Shown here one piece after another: positions 31,421 to 46,234 of a stretch of DNA of 64,000 nucleotides. The notes under the pieces are model-generated. The model ran no database searches and was not told where the DNA came from. It was given only the letters and a program-made list of their open reading frames with translations. The DNA comes from the human T2T-CHM13v2.0 reference genome, Homo sapiens. The position numbers were made by a program, and so were the translations under genes. Where the stretch lies: assembly GCF_009914755.1 (NCBI RefSeq), contig NC_060928.1; one strand, 5' to 3'. Every line of letters begins with the position of its first letter. Position 1 is the first letter of the stretch.

Positions 31421-33029
31421 CATTATAATATTCAATGAACAGCACCCGCCAGAATTCTTATCTGCGTTTAATATTAAGTTTATATTTCAGGTATGCAGTG
31501 AGCTCAGGTAGGATTGCTAGGCAATTCCGTCAAAGTTTCATTTCTTGTCAAGATGAGTGTGTTCAAAGATGATTTTTACTCAATTCGTCATTCCCCTCCA
31601 TTTTTAGGAAGTAAAATGACATTAAAAGTTGATGCAAATAGTCATGCTGTAAAATTCAGACTTTACTGACTTTTTTTCATTGTATATGTTATACCTTCAG
31701 TTTTATTCTTCAATTTTCCCCAAAATAAAGAAGGATGTTAGTGTGCTTCAGTGAATCTTGTGCATTGAATTGCCAGATTCAGTGAAGTTTCAAGTAAACT
31801 TCTCAAGTGAAGTTTACTTAAAACCCTGTGTGGATTATTAAAATTTAATAATATGAATAACTGGAATAATAAACTAACAACAAAAGCTAGATTTAACTTC
31901 ATCTTTTCTCAAGCACTCTTAATACAGTGTGCATTAATTTAAAGAATCTTCAAGAAGCCAATTTTTCTGAATATTTGCTGACCAGTATGAATAAATTACT
32001 AGGGGTCATAGCTATACTTTACAGTAAAGTGACTATATTTATTAAACTTTGCTCAGCAATTGCTTTTATGAGAAATTTTAAATATTTTTCTATTTTTTCA
32101 CTATTTTCCTACTCATTCACTTTAGAATTGGGAATGTCTATATTCATCACCATTTGTTTTTATTTGGACTTAGTTCAACTACTAAGAGGCAATGAGTTTG
32201 CCAAAGAAATCGTGGCTTTTTTTTAGTTGTCCTTCCACACCATTGAAATTGGTAATCAGTAAGCTCTCTGCTATGTGTGCCGTTATTGCTTAAATCACTG
32301 TTTAAGGTAGAATACTTGTTCTACTTCAGGAAATAGAAAAGTTCTCCAAACTCTCAATTTTTAAGTTGAACTAACTTTTCTTCCTATTACATACTGAATT
32401 TTCTTAAGGCATCATATATGTACATTTTTAATGTTTAAAAATATTTTTAAGTTATATAATTCTAAAATTATTTTAAATATCCTAATTAAAAGTATCTTTC
32501 ATTTGGCTCATTCCAAATAAATGCTTTTCTTTACCCAGTAAATTTAATGCAATTTCAGTATATTAAAATAACTGCATTATAAAAGAAATTGTTACTACTT
32601 GGTTGCCTTTGTATCAGAATGCTAGTAATACTTCAGCAAAACAGGTGTGTATTCAATCTGTTCTGACGCTGTATAACCATTTGCATTGCACTTGATCACA
32701 TAGTAGAAAGAAGCCACCTTGCAAAATTTCACCAAAAAGTAAATTCTATCTCTAGAAACACCAGGAGCTCTTAGTAATTTGAGCTTGCTGAGGGGCAAGT
32801 ATGTATAATGTAAATGTATCAATCAGGTTAATGCAAGGAGCACTCTTCCATTTGATAACATTTGAAATGCATGGCAGAAATACAGAAACATAATTAAGGC
32901 AAATGAGTATAAAATGTTAATATTCCAATCTGGAAGAGAAAAAGGTTTCAAGATTTCTCCAACTTTTATTGAAGTCTGAAATGAGAAATTCAAATTATTT
33001 GGACAAATGAGTTGTTTCATTTCAGACAA

Positions 33030-33246
33030 AGGGAGAGTTCCTAAATTCAACATGACTGACATTTTGGACTGGATGCTTCTTTGTTGTGTGGGCATCCTAT
33101 GCATTGTAAGATGTTTGACAGCAATTCCATCATGCTCACTAGTGGCCAGTAACATGCTTCTCAGTCCTGATGCATTAAAAAATGTATGCAGATATTGTCA
33201 AGTGTCACCTGGGGGAGCAAAATTGCTCCTAGTTAAGAGCCACTGG
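33030..33246. mobile_element. MER20
   Basis: tgacattttggactggatg...gcattgtaagatgttt...cctgggggagcaaaattgctcctagttaagagccactg. Confidence 0.85.
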
Positions 33247-34462
33247 ACTAATTGTTGAATCAAATTATTTTCAATTTTATGATGATTGATTTGGACACTT
33301 TATGTATTGTTATGAAATATGTTAACAGTACTATGTTTTTCATTCTATGGATATGCCAAATATTAGTTTAACGTTTTTCTGTTAAGAAAGACATTCTAAT
33401 TAAACATATGTTCTATGCCATATACAAAGATAAATGAAACATAATTCTATTACTCAAAAAGCTTTAAACTTTCCTCACTGTATTTTCCAAATACAGTGAT
33501 CTTTAAAAAAAAAAAAGTATTCTGAGAAGTATGTTTTTAAACTATCACCTTATTACTGGATAAAACAAGGTCATTAAATATATAATCCTGATACCAATTA
33601 TATTGATAGTTTCTTTTTCAAATTATCTAGACCACTATCATCTTTACTATTTTTTACCTGAGTTCATTGTGCCCACAGACTATTTTTTTTAATGTACTCC
33701 TTTCTCAGAGATTTTTTTTGTCTGCTTATAGTTTAAATTAAGATCAACAAAAAGTTTATGTTTAGTCAAAGCTCAGCTAGATATTTTCATGGAGAGAGTT
33801 TGCTTTGGCATGAAATGCTGTCGTTTACTGGAAAACCTCCCTGCGTGTGTAATTTGACAGCATTTTAGACTCCCCAGTTAATGAGGTTAGCAGCAGCCTC
33901 TATCCTCTGGGTCTAGTCAAACTGAAGCTGTCTCAATGTAGATTGTCATAGCTATGTTGATTCATTTGCTTTTTTGGAAAAATAAAAAATTGGACTTTTC
34001 AAATGGTAAGGAAATATTCTCCTCCGGGTCCTCCCACATGTGCAGATAGTAGGTTTCTGACTGCCTGCTATATTCTGATAAAGTATTTGTGTTTCCATGG
34101 AAGGAAATGCTAATTAGTATTTCCTTGTCAATTTTCTAGATATTTGGAATGGTATGTTTTTCCAAAAGTCACATATTTTAAATGCTAGTATCAGCTTCTG
34201 TAGGAAAACATAATTATATAATGAAATGGAATAGCATTTATGTTAACTTGATGATAATTGTAATTTCACGGGGCCATAAGTGCTCATAGAAATAGCCAAA
34301 GAAGGCAGGAAGGATTAGATCATTCTTAATTCTACAATATGTGACTTTTCAACACATATATTTTTACTTTTGCTAACTTTTTTCCTAATGACTTTGTTTT
34401 AGTTTGTTTTTCAAAAATAAATTTACAAAATTTTGCAGAAGCCAATTTGGCTAGTTAATTTA

Positions 34463-34825
<363 letters not shown>

Positions 34826-34899
34826 AGCCATTGTAGAAATATCTCTTTTAATTTTATATATTCATCAGGTTTTTCTTGTTTTTTTTTTTTTTTTTTTTT

Positions 34900-35270
34900 A
34901 ATGCCTAACAAATACCTTGAAATTTCAGGGGGTTACAATAAAATTATTTTTCTTATCTGTGAGTGGGCTGGGATTTTTCTGATTCAGGCTATGAAGGGCC
35001 AGCTCAGATGGGCTTCACATGTCTCTTATTTGGGGACCAGCGGCTAGATAGAACATGCTTTTCTGATAGATAGTAGACGTACCAGAGACAAGGCCAAATC
35101 CTGGCTACTAGCATTCCATTGACTATAGTAAGTCATATGGCCAAGCTTAAAATCAATGGATAGAAAAATAAACTCCAACAATTCTAGTGATGGGCATTGC
35201 AACATAATATGCCAAAGGGTATTGACGTACAATTCTATGAAAGAAGAAAGTGAAGGCTGGGAACTGCTTG
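34900..35270. mobile_element. Old MLT1-like LTR fragment
   Basis: cattccattgactatagtaagtcatatggccaagc motif. Confidence 0.5.
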
Positions 35271-37834
35271 TACCATAAAGGGCTGAATTATCAAAGCAGA
35301 CTAGCAACTCACAATACTAAACAGTGGCATTTAGTAATGATGGGTAAAAGGCACAAGTGAAAACTAAGCAGAGATACAGCAGTCTTCTCTAGAATATTCC
35401 CCATCCTGTCTGGTGCAGCTACCAAAAGTATCTTTTTCCACACTAGAACACATTTTGCTTTTTAAATGACAGCTAAGCACCCAGAAAGTGTATGACTTCT
35501 TAGACACTTGGCTACCACATTGAGGTAGACACTACCTGACAGCTTCTATTCTCCAGTCAAGTGCTTTCGAGGAATCCGTAAATGCCAGGTTAATTCACAA
35601 ATAGGGCTTACTTACACTAAGCAATCTAGTTAGACTAAGAATAGCCTCAACCTCAAAAACATTCTTAGATAAGAGCACCTGTCCTGTGGCTCAGCTAGGT
35701 AATACATTAGAATATTTATAAGAGGTCTGATTAAGGTGGACATTGACCCCTCCCAGGAGGAAATGAGGCAGTTACAGACTTGCTGTTAATTCTTTTATTC
35801 CCAGGAGCTATATAATTCATTCTAACAAATATCACTTTTAAAGGGATTTGAGCTTAAGGTTTTCTCATTTACATAACCTCTAAATCTTATACATCTAAAT
35901 ATAAAATATGCTGTATCTTTAACTTGGGAATATAATTTGATAATATATTTTTAGTGGTAAGAATTTCAGTTATTATTTTCTTTTCACATTTTATATTTAC
36001 CAAAATTTCAAAATAAGATGGAGAATGAGGAAGAAGAGGAAGAGAAGTAATCTAGCAATTATAAAGTTGTCCTCATATCCATACAAAGATATGAAGAGAA
36101 TCATATTTGCTTATCTCTTATATAATGTCTTTTCTGGCTAGATGGTAAAGATAGTTGTTGATACATTCACCAAAGAGCGTCATTAGACATGTGTTGTGCA
36201 CTAGTTATACTCCCTGTGATAATGTGAATACAACAGTAAGAAAATATCAAACATTTTCTTTGACTCTGATTCCTCCTGATTTTTTTTGTCTTAATCTTTT
36301 CATTCATACTCAAGAAAGTGAAACTAGAGTTTGTCAAAGTCACTTCAGGGCTAAAAAGAGAGATCATTTCCATTATGTATTATTAAAATAAACCTTTAGA
36401 TAGTTTTAAAGTCAATTCAACATTTTTAAACTCTTGAAAGGGAACGAAGTTGACCTTGACTCTATAAAAGTATTTTCTGTATTCAGGAAAGGAGGCAGTT
36501 TCCATGTCAGTGCCACTTACTAAAATAGTATAAGAATTGTTTCTGATTTAATTATTCTCATTTAGATCTTCACTATCTTTAAAAGACAATTTAAAATTGC
36601 ATATATCTATGAATAAAACAAGTTGCCTGAAAATATTTTATCCTAATATAAAATTATCTGTTGTGTTGAAGACATTACTATTTAAAGAGAACAAACTTAT
36701 TTTAGTGAGGTATTAATTGTAGTGAGATGGCTGCATTCTGTTTCAAGACTCTTATCTGGTAACAGTGATGTTTGGGCTTTCTTACACTCTCTTTATTTTG
36801 AAATACAAAACTTTCTCGGGCGAAAGGAGAAATTGAATAAATAGTACTATGAAATTCAACATATGGGAAGCATTTGCAGTTTAGAATTATAATGATATCA
36901 TTTTAACCTTAAATAAAAGAGATTGACACTAAGAGGTGTGCATGTTTTCACTCACATCTGATAATTCTGTATACGAAGGATTCTGTTTCACTTAACAATT
37001 TGATCATCTTTAGCACAATCCTTAATGGGTTTTGCATAGGGAATTGTGTGCAGAAGATACATACTTTATAACAATCAAGTTTTACAATAAACTTTAGGAG
37101 TATTTACTCAGGGCAGCAAATCTGCAATTAATTTCTCCTAACTCCTTGTGAACCAATCTCATTTTCCTCCCACTTACACAGCCTATACATGGATATACTC
37201 AAATGTATAGAGTAAAACATAAGAAATGATCTTGGCTGATACTTAGGATGTGACTAATGGTTAGCTGTCAAGTGTAAAAATTGTGGATGATAGTGTTGAT
37301 TTTTCTAATAAGCATTTTCATCTTTGGGACTAAATATTTTATTTTATATAGTTTTGAATTTTGAAATGAAAAAGTAACTGTCTTTTAATAACTGGAATCA
37401 GAGCTTACATCTTTCAAAAATTTTAATGTTTCTAAGTAGACCTGTAAGCATTAATATCTCCTTTTTGCAGACAAATAAACTGAATTGTACAAGTATTATT
37501 TAGGAAGTTATATATCCAGGCTGAATTTCCGTATTGATTAAAAAATATTTAAATTCAAGAATTGTATTTTATTCACCAAAGCCTACCGTGTAGTTTCTAA
37601 ATATATTTTGTTTAAAGTTAAAGGAATTATCTTTTCTCAATGTCCCACAATATCAGAAATTTAAGTAACATAAGAAATATATGTATGTGTATATATTATA
37701 TTTAATAATATTCCATGTTTAACATATTACGCTGTTAATATGTTACATTTACATGTTACAATGTTAATGGTATACACTATATAACAGTAAAACTTATAAC
37801 ATTAATTTATTAAAATATATATAATAACATAATA

Positions 37835-37886
37835 TTAAGTTGGTGCAAAAGTAATTGCAGATTTTGCTAGTTTTGCACCAACCTAA
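37835..37886. mobile_element. Internally deleted MADE1 with both TIR ends and TA TSD
   Basis: ta|ttaagttggtgcaaaa...ttttgcaccaacctaa|ta. Confidence 0.88.
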
Positions 37887-39584
37887 TACTATCTATTTAT
37901 ATATTTTTCTTCTTGTATTTTTTCCATCACTACTTACAGATAATAAAATCAAGAATGCCTTTTTTTGTGTGTAACTCTCTCCTATGCATTTTCTTTTTCT
38001 GCTTTGAAATAGTAATGTGACCTACTGCTTGGAGCTTTGGAAATAAGATCTAATTTTATAATTTTATGAATTACAATAGAATTATAATTTTAGAAATGTA
38101 AAATAAATTTATAACAGCATTTACTAGCTCCTTGCCAGGACATATACTAAATTCAAGAGCTTCTACCAGTGTGGATTGTTTCTCTCTCCACATTTACCAG
38201 CTTTTGTCTAGGCTTTTTCTTCCATGTTGTTTCTCCTTAATAGGCAAGCACAAAGTCAGGACAGAGTAGGTGACACTGCATGGGTTTCATCAAGGTAGAA
38301 AGCATCCTTGTGAATTACTAACTAAAAGATTGGGTTTAACCAAATTTCCAGATCTTTTTGCTTGAACCAGAGATTATTGTGTTTCACATCTAAAACTTGA
38401 AAGGAAATGAAATTGGCCTTATTTTCCAATAATTTTCTACTGCATCCCAAATAGTTGATGTCAGTCTTCTACGTATATTAGCATATGTTTAATGACATTT
38501 CATGTTAATGCTTTAGTTAAGTTTGTTTTCAGTCTAATCATCCTTGTCTTAAAAATTTCTATAATGAATTGATTGAAGAATGTGCTTATTCCAAGTAGAT
38601 TGTTACTTGTTTCCATTATAGATTTGGCGAATCATTCTGTTGTTTTATAAATGGAAATGATACTCTTCAAAACTTATTCGTCATTTTAAGAAGAGTTACT
38701 AAATAAGATTGAGGCTATCGTGTTTTTGTGTTTTTCAATACAAAGTAAAAACGGGGGAAATATAGGGAGGAAAATGTGTTAAAATTTAAAAAATATTTTT
38801 GAGATCATACTAGTAAATTTTGTTTGCATTTTTTACTTATTGGTGAGTAGAGAAAAAAACCCAAGTGAGTTCTGTAAATCATGAGATGATCATAACCTAG
38901 TTTTAAAATTTCAGAAACTGAGAGATTATATTTAAAAGTTATCTCATTTAAATTCTGATTAAAAAACCAGACTGTCATTGTGTGTCATTGACATTGGTTT
39001 CATCACAGTGTCTTAGCAAGATGTTTCAGGGACATACACAATTTGCACAAGTTTATTTACTCACAGTAAGAGAAAATTTCAAGCTGATAGCTTTAATTAT
39101 TTTAGCTGATTCCTCTGATTGCACTCATGGAAAAGCCAAAAGAAGTGACTGTTTTTACTTTATCTCTCCCAGTCATAACTTATGTGTAGCTCTAAAGGCA
39201 TCCCCAGGTTGGAAAACAAGTTTGATCTCTTTCTGAAAATGCTACTAAAAGAAGATATGCAAGAGATGTGAGATAGGAACATTGTAAGAACAGTTAAAAA
39301 CCTAAAATTCAGAACTAAAGCTTGGGATGCAAGAAGGAATTTTCATGGAATTCATTATTTTCTTGAATTACAGCACCAAACACGGGTTTGCATGAAGCAG
39401 GTAGCTGGTAGTCATTTGTTGTATCAATAGTGATTCAAAATTTTATCTACAACTGTTAACAGTTCATTTTTCCTTATGGTTCTTTAAGCTCCTGTTTAGC
39501 TGTATCCCATCTGCCCTTGCTAAATACACTAGCTTACACACAGTCTTTCTGGATTCCGTTGACTTGAAAATTCAAATCTAAAAA

Positions 39585-39830
39585 CAATGGCTAACATTTA
39601 CTGAGTGTTCACTATGTATCAGTCACTGCTCTAAGATATACTAACTCATTCAGTTCCCATAGTGATACTTAGTGGTGTGTGGTGTATAATGATACCATTT
39701 CCACTTTAGAGGTGAGGAAAATGAAACTCAGGGAGGTTAAGTAACTTCCCTGAAGTTACACTGCTAAAAAGCATAGAACCAGAATTAATACTCAGGCATT
39801 CTAGTTTCAGAGCATACACATGTAACCAGC
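39585..39830 (-). mobile_element. MIR
   Basis: aacatttactgagtg...gaggaaaatgaaactcagggaggttaagtaacttccc. Confidence 0.8.
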
Positions 39831-40186
39831 ACACCGGAGTTTAGATTATACACTGACCAAATGTCATTATCAAAATGGTATTTGTTCTCCCTTTTTATAA
39901 AGATTTCATAGAAAATTAACATGTGATGGTACTAAGATATATAGAGAAAAGTAACACAGTAATTTCACTACATCTGTTCATCTCATTACTATTAAACCTT
40001 TGGTCACTAAATAGACCATTATTTGATGAGGATAAGAGGGACTATAATTACTATTCCTGGATAAAGATTTGCCTGGACAAATTAATATTCAATCAGCAGT
40101 TCTCTCTGCCTGACACAGAAATGACTACTTTTCCATGCTATTTATAATTCCTGGTACTCTATGAAATTCCTCCTCTTAAATTAATA

Positions 40187-40819
40187 CATTGGTCCTCCCT
40201 CGTTTACAGGGAATACATCCGAGACTTCTGGTAGACGACTGAAACTATAGATAATACTGTAGCCTATATGTACTATGTACAAATTTCTTTTTCTTTTTGT
40301 ATAATTTCAGAATTATGTAGAAATATTTTTATCTTATAATAAGATAAAATACTTTTTCTTATCATAGATCTTAGCAACCTAAGCATATGATTTTTTTTCA
40401 TTCCTTATTAAGTCAAGAATTTGCCTTTTCACTTAAAGGAAGCACCTTACAGTTTGTCTTTGGCATATTCAAATTGCCAGCATTGCTCTTGCACTTTGGG
40501 GCCACTATGACGTAAAATAAGAGTTACTTGAATACAAGCTCTACTTATTTTACTTAATAATGGAGACAGTCTGTCTTATAACCCAGATGGCTACTATGTG
40601 GCTAATGGGTAGGTAGCATGTACAGTGTGGATGATTCACATCCTGGGAGGGAAGAAGCAGCATGGTGTGAGGTTTCATTATGCTACTCAGAATGGTATGC
40701 AATTTAAAGCTTATGAATTGCTTATTCCTAGAATTTTCTATTTAGTATTTTCAGACCATGGTTGACTCCAGGTAACTAAAGGCATGGAAAGCAAAATTGT
40801 AAATAAGGGATGATTACTG
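40187..40819. mobile_element. MER82-like TcMar-Tigger element
   Basis: ggaagcaccttacagtttgtctttggcatattc...gctactcagaatggtatgcaatttaaagcttatgaattg...ataagggatgattactg. Confidence 0.75.
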
Positions 40820-40965
40820 AATTATGACAAGCCTTTCTCTGATGACTGCATTACAAGTTGAGCTATTTGCAGTGAGGTTGCCCAGAAACCTAGAGGTAGT
40901 ACATGTTTTTTGAGATGGTATTTCCATTAATTCTTAAATTATCTCTTTTGCCAAGCACCCTTATC

Positions 40966-41251
40966 ATCTTAGTTAATTCAGGCAGCTCTAATAAAATACC
41001 TTTGATTGTGTAATTTATAAACAAAAGAAATGTACCTCTCACAGTTCTGGAGGCTGAGAAGTCCAACATCAAAGTGCCAGCAGATTTGGTGTCTTGTAAG
41101 GGCCCATGTTCTGTTATGGTGGAAGGAGAAGGAAGCTCCATCAGGCCTCTATTATAAGGTTACTTATCCCATTGAAGTTATTTCATCAGGTTATAAGGCT
41201 CTGCCTTCATGACTTAATCACCTCCCAAAGACCCTACATCTTAATATCATC
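40966..41251 (-). mobile_element. MLT1A-like LTR
   Basis: ctcacagttctggaggctgagaagtccaa and gacttaatcacctcccaaag motifs; the element continues to about 41311 (cattcagaccatagca). Confidence 0.75.
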
Positions 41252-42483
41252 ACCTTGAGAGAGATTTTATTATACGAATTTGGGGGGAACACATACATTC
41301 AGACCATAGCACTTATGATTACCCTATTTTAGCTCAAGCTAAGATCAAGAAAAAGAGATTTTCCTCTTCAGTTAGAAAAAAAAACTTTCAAGAGCCACCT
41401 TATTATTTGTTTAACAAATATTTATTAAGCAGGGACACTGTGCCTGTAAAAAAAAATAATTAAAAACTGGTACCCTTTTTAAAGGACTTAAGAGTTAATG
41501 TGCCTCTTAAGCAAAGATTATCCAACTAGTTTAGGCTAAATTAGTTCCAATCATATTACAGCATGTGTCCTCTTTGAACCTAAGTAATATTTACATATTT
41601 AATTATATGCCTTTTTAAAATATTTCACCTGTATTTGATTAATGTTGAATAGCCTAGAATCTTCAATGCAACTGTAAGCTTCTAAAGAGTGAGAAGACCT
41701 GGTATTACCTTTTCTTTTTTATTCATTTGGGCATATCCTTAATAGTTGATTGAATCACTGGTTATAGACTTTAATCTCAAAGTGATTATGATCTTCAGTA
41801 ATCAATAACTCCAAATAAATTCAAATGCATTTTATGCTAAGCTATACTTTAGAATCCTTCAGTTTAAAAAATGTGAATAATGGTAATGCAAATTATAGTA
41901 AAGTATAACTTTGCTGTTGAAAGGACTTTCTGATACATGTTTTAATTTGTGACTAGCAAAAACCTTACGAGGCAAGCAGAGTACAATGGTCACTGTGTAC
42001 AAGTATGTGTAAAGTAAAGAGTGATCATAGTACTGTATTTGCCTCATTTGTGGGGGTGAAAGGAGATTAAAAAGGCTTTGAAATGAAATTTTCAGAATTA
42101 TGGAAAATATCATTATGTTATTACTGCAGACAGAACATTTCTTTGCAATTGGAACATCTAACTCTCGTTAAAACAATTTCTATGGATATCACTTGTGAAA
42201 AGAGTTCAGGGAACTATGTCATAGTAGATGTAATCAATTATACAAGATTACTGTGTTTCCTGTAAAGATATAGGGAAGAGAATGTCTTCATCAGAAATGT
42301 TATTTCTAGAGACTGCTTCTTTGATATATATCCACAAGAAACATAATTTCCTACTCAAAGTAGCCTTTCCTATTTACAAAAAAAAAAAATTCAGTAATCT
42401 CGTGTTAGAGCTTTACCTCTTTTCTCTTCTGCGGGGAGGTGTGGGGGAAGAGAAGGTGTTAAATGTGATTTTATATACATCCA

Positions 42484-42905
42484 TGTATTATTTCATTATT
42501 GCATTGCTATAAAGAAATACCTGATATTGGGTAATTGATAGAGAAAAGGGATTTAATTGGCTCATGGTTCTGCAGGCTATACAGGAAGCATGATGTTGGC
42601 TTCTACTTGGCTTCTGGGGATGTCTCAGGAAACTTATAATCACTGTGTAAGGTGAAGGGGGAGCAGGCACATCACATGGCCAGAGCAGAAACAAGAGAGA
42701 GAGGAGGGAGGTGCTACACACTTTATGTGACCAGATCTCCCAAAACTGACTCACTATCACAAGGACAGTATCGGGGGGCTGGTACTAACCCATTCATGAG
42801 AAGCCACCACCATGAACCAATCACCTCTCACAAGACACCACCTCCAACATTCGAGATTACATTTCAACATTAGTTTTGGGTGGGGACAACATCCAAACTA
42901 TATCA
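42484..42905 (-). mobile_element. MSTA/MSTB solo LTR with perfect 5-bp TSD atcca
   Basis: tgtatta...atccaaactatatca; atcca at 42479-42483 and 42906-42910. Confidence 0.9.
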
Positions 42906-44999
42906 ATCCATGTAATATTAATATATAATTATATATTATATATGTGTGTGTGTATAATATATATGTGCGTGTATGTATATATATATGCATGTGTGTATAT
43001 ATATACTTAGAAGAAATTGGTTTCATTGTAAATGGAAAGCATTTCTCTGAAAAATCCATAAACCCTTACACAGTGGGGGGAAAAATATCCAAAATACCAG
43101 GACATTATTTAAAAGGCATATTATAAATAGATTTCATCATACTGCTATCACTGTAAGCTTACAAGGGTGTACTGACTCTAGTAGCACCCAACCCCCAACA
43201 TAGAAACAGTAAAGTAAAAATGTCTGATAATGAATCCTGAGTATGTAAAGCCGCTTTGAAGAAACAGAATTTTCTCAGGTCAAAAGGTAACCAATTAAGT
43301 TAGAATGTGCCAACTGGAGGAAGGACTGGTCAGTAATTGAAGCAAGGAGAAGAGAATAAGAGAGAAATGTCGTTATGTTTTCTCCTGAGAGAGGTGCCTG
43401 AAAACCATCTTGTCGGTCAATCACTGCCTTTAATGCCTGAAGAAACTGAAACCCAAAGAGAAAAATGACTTTTGCCCAAGCACAACACTGATTCACATCT
43501 AAACTGGAACTAAAAATCAAGATTCCTCACTTACACTTAGGCCTCTAGATTATAGAGCGAGCACATTTACTCATGCCTTTTCTCTGAAAGCAACAGATTC
43601 TAGGCAATAGTAGGAAAAATGGGGGCTTACTTGGTTGTTGGTTGTTTCAGTTTTTAATTTTTTCATGCTGATGTCAATGGTTAGAAAGATTTTTCTGTTA
43701 GCCTAGTGTTTTGATTTTATGTCTTCACTTAGAAGAAACATTACCTTTTTATATTTAAGTTGCACACAAAAAGTATTAGTGTCAAATATTTAAATACAGT
43801 CCTTTTAAACTTGCACAATACTACTTATAAAAACATATCAGAGAAAGGAGTCCACATGACTGAGTGAAAAGCTGTCTTTTGCCACAAATTTTATACTATA
43901 TTTTTCAGGAATTATCTCCTTTCACTTCATAATTGCTGCTAGCAGGGGCCAAGCTAACCATTAAATAGTGTTTCTGACCTCATGCACTGTTCCATAGCTT
44001 TGTAAAGTGCATAGACAGTTTTTTTTCCCCAGAAATAGAAATGCTTCTGCTACTAAGTTGAAAGGCATTATTAGTGAAATTAGAATATGATAACAAACTG
44101 CAGATGGTAAAAGATTACTTCCTGGCAGAGAATAAATCCAAATGCATTTTATGCTAAGTGAAATGTGATTATCAAAAAATTGTAATAATAATGATTGATT
44201 CATGAATGGATAACTGTGATCCAGCTCCTGCTGCCAACTATATGTCTTAATCAGATCAAGATAGAATCACTGATTAAAGATAGAAGAAAAAAGAGAAACC
44301 ATAATGAATTAGAATGAATATACTATATTACCAAGGTCATATGAGTTTTGATAGTTGCTATAAAATAAATAGAATAGCCATTTAAGTTCATTTTAAACCA
44401 AAATACATTCTTCTGCCAATTTTAAAATTATCTAAAATATATCTTATTACAAGATCATTTTAGTCAAATAAAACTTTAGGCACTTTTGAAATGAATGTTT
44501 ACAGAATAAACAGGCAACAGACTGTACTTGATATATCACTACTATAAAAGCTTTTGTGGAGTATGCTAGCTATGAATTTCTAGCTATGAATTAAATGTTC
44601 TAATTTATTACGTTATACTCACAGTTTAAGAAATATTTACTGAACTCTTCTATACGCCAAGCATATCTGAGTTTTTAAAAATGTGTATCTTTCCTCTCAT
44701 AGAGCTTATATATTCTAGTCTTATTACAAAAGAATATCAATATTTTCAAATAGTGTGCATAGGGAATGCCAAACAACACTTTTCTTATGAAGGGCAGATT
44801 CTTTCCACTCTCTTCCTCATACTATTGTTGACTCCATTTAGGGATCTTCTTTATCAGCAGGAGTGGATTATTTCTGTAAAAAAAGTAAAATCTGAGTAAC
44901 ATAAAATGAGCTACTAGGGCTAACAGGACATGTATAGTATATCTAACCTACTTTACACCATGTCTGCCCTAATGATTAGACCACACCTTTCCTGTTTAC

Positions 45000-45470
45000 T
45001 CAATTATTCATTCACGACATGTTCATTAGGTGCCTAAAACAGACCAATCTGTGTTCTAGGTTTAGGGCATAAGGCATTGAGCAAAACACATAAAGCTCCT
45101 GCTCTTATGTAGCTTATATTTTAGTGAGGAAGAAAGAGTAAAAATAGAGAAATAGATATATAAAATACAATCAAATGATGATAACTATTAAGGAAAATAT
45201 TAAGTAAGGTCAGGACATAAAGAATAACAGGGATGCTAATGAGTGGGGCTGCAGGAACTGAGGATTTGCATGAAGAAATAAGATGAAGGAATATCTAGGT
45301 GAGGAGTACTCCACACAGAAGAAATAGAAGGAAAAGTGAATTCACAAAACAGGGTAACCAATGAGTGAGCCAAAATAGAGTGAGAAAGGCTGATGGAAAC
45401 AGGAGTTTGGGTTATATTCATGGCCAGGCAGAAGCTTATAAAGGGCCTATGGGCCATGATAAGAGAGTTC
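45000..45470 (-). mobile_element. L2 fragment
   Basis: attcacgacatgttcattaggtgcct...gctcctgctcttatgtagcttatattttagtg. Confidence 0.7.
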
Positions 45471-45656
45471 TCATGAAGAGTTATGATTTTTCTTTATGTA
45501 GTGTGTGTGCCTGAATGACAAAGCTGTCAATATATAAAATATTCATAAAAGAAAAAAAATTATCCATGGAGCTATTCAGAAGCAGTGCACTCTTTCTAAT
45601 CAAAACTACTACTTGAAGTCTGTTTAAATGTAATTAAAAACAGTGACTGAGTTTAT

Positions 45657-45709
45657 AAGCACTGGAAAACACAATGTCAAAAAAAAGCACTGGAAAACAC
45701 AATGTCAAA
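45657..45709. repeat. 25-bp perfect direct repeat separated by A residues
   Basis: aagcactggaaaacacaatgtcaaa at 45657-45681 and 45685-45709. Confidence 0.95.
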
Positions 45710-46234
45710 TCCAGAAGACTGACACATAAAGGTAATTACAATGCAACAAGCACTTAAGTATGTTATAGGAATAATCAAGGAGCAAACTTCCTCCTCTGCT
45801 TTGAATGTAAAAAGATACAAAGCACTTTTTCCCACCTGCACAATGAGAAAAAGCCAAAAATCTATTAAACTCTAATTTTTTTCAAGCTGTAACTTTTCTC
45901 AAAGTAACCAAATAACCCAACATCCAAAGAGGGACAAGTACTTTCAAAGAGAGACAGAACACAAAACAGTCTGTCCTTAGAGATAATCTAGGAGTAAGAG
46001 GTTACTGTCTTCCACACAGGCTAGGAAGAATCACTTGCAATTTTTATGAACTCATAAAGGCTAAGTGTGAACTACTGTATTTATTTGGAATAGCAGACAC
46101 AAGGGGAGTTTGTACTTATTTGCAGGCTATTGAAGTACTCTTCCAGCAAGTGCTCTTGAGAAAGTTGGTATCAGAAGGATATGAAACAGAGCTCTCCTGA
46201 GTGGAACTATGGCTGCAGGGGACCAGGCATAGTA

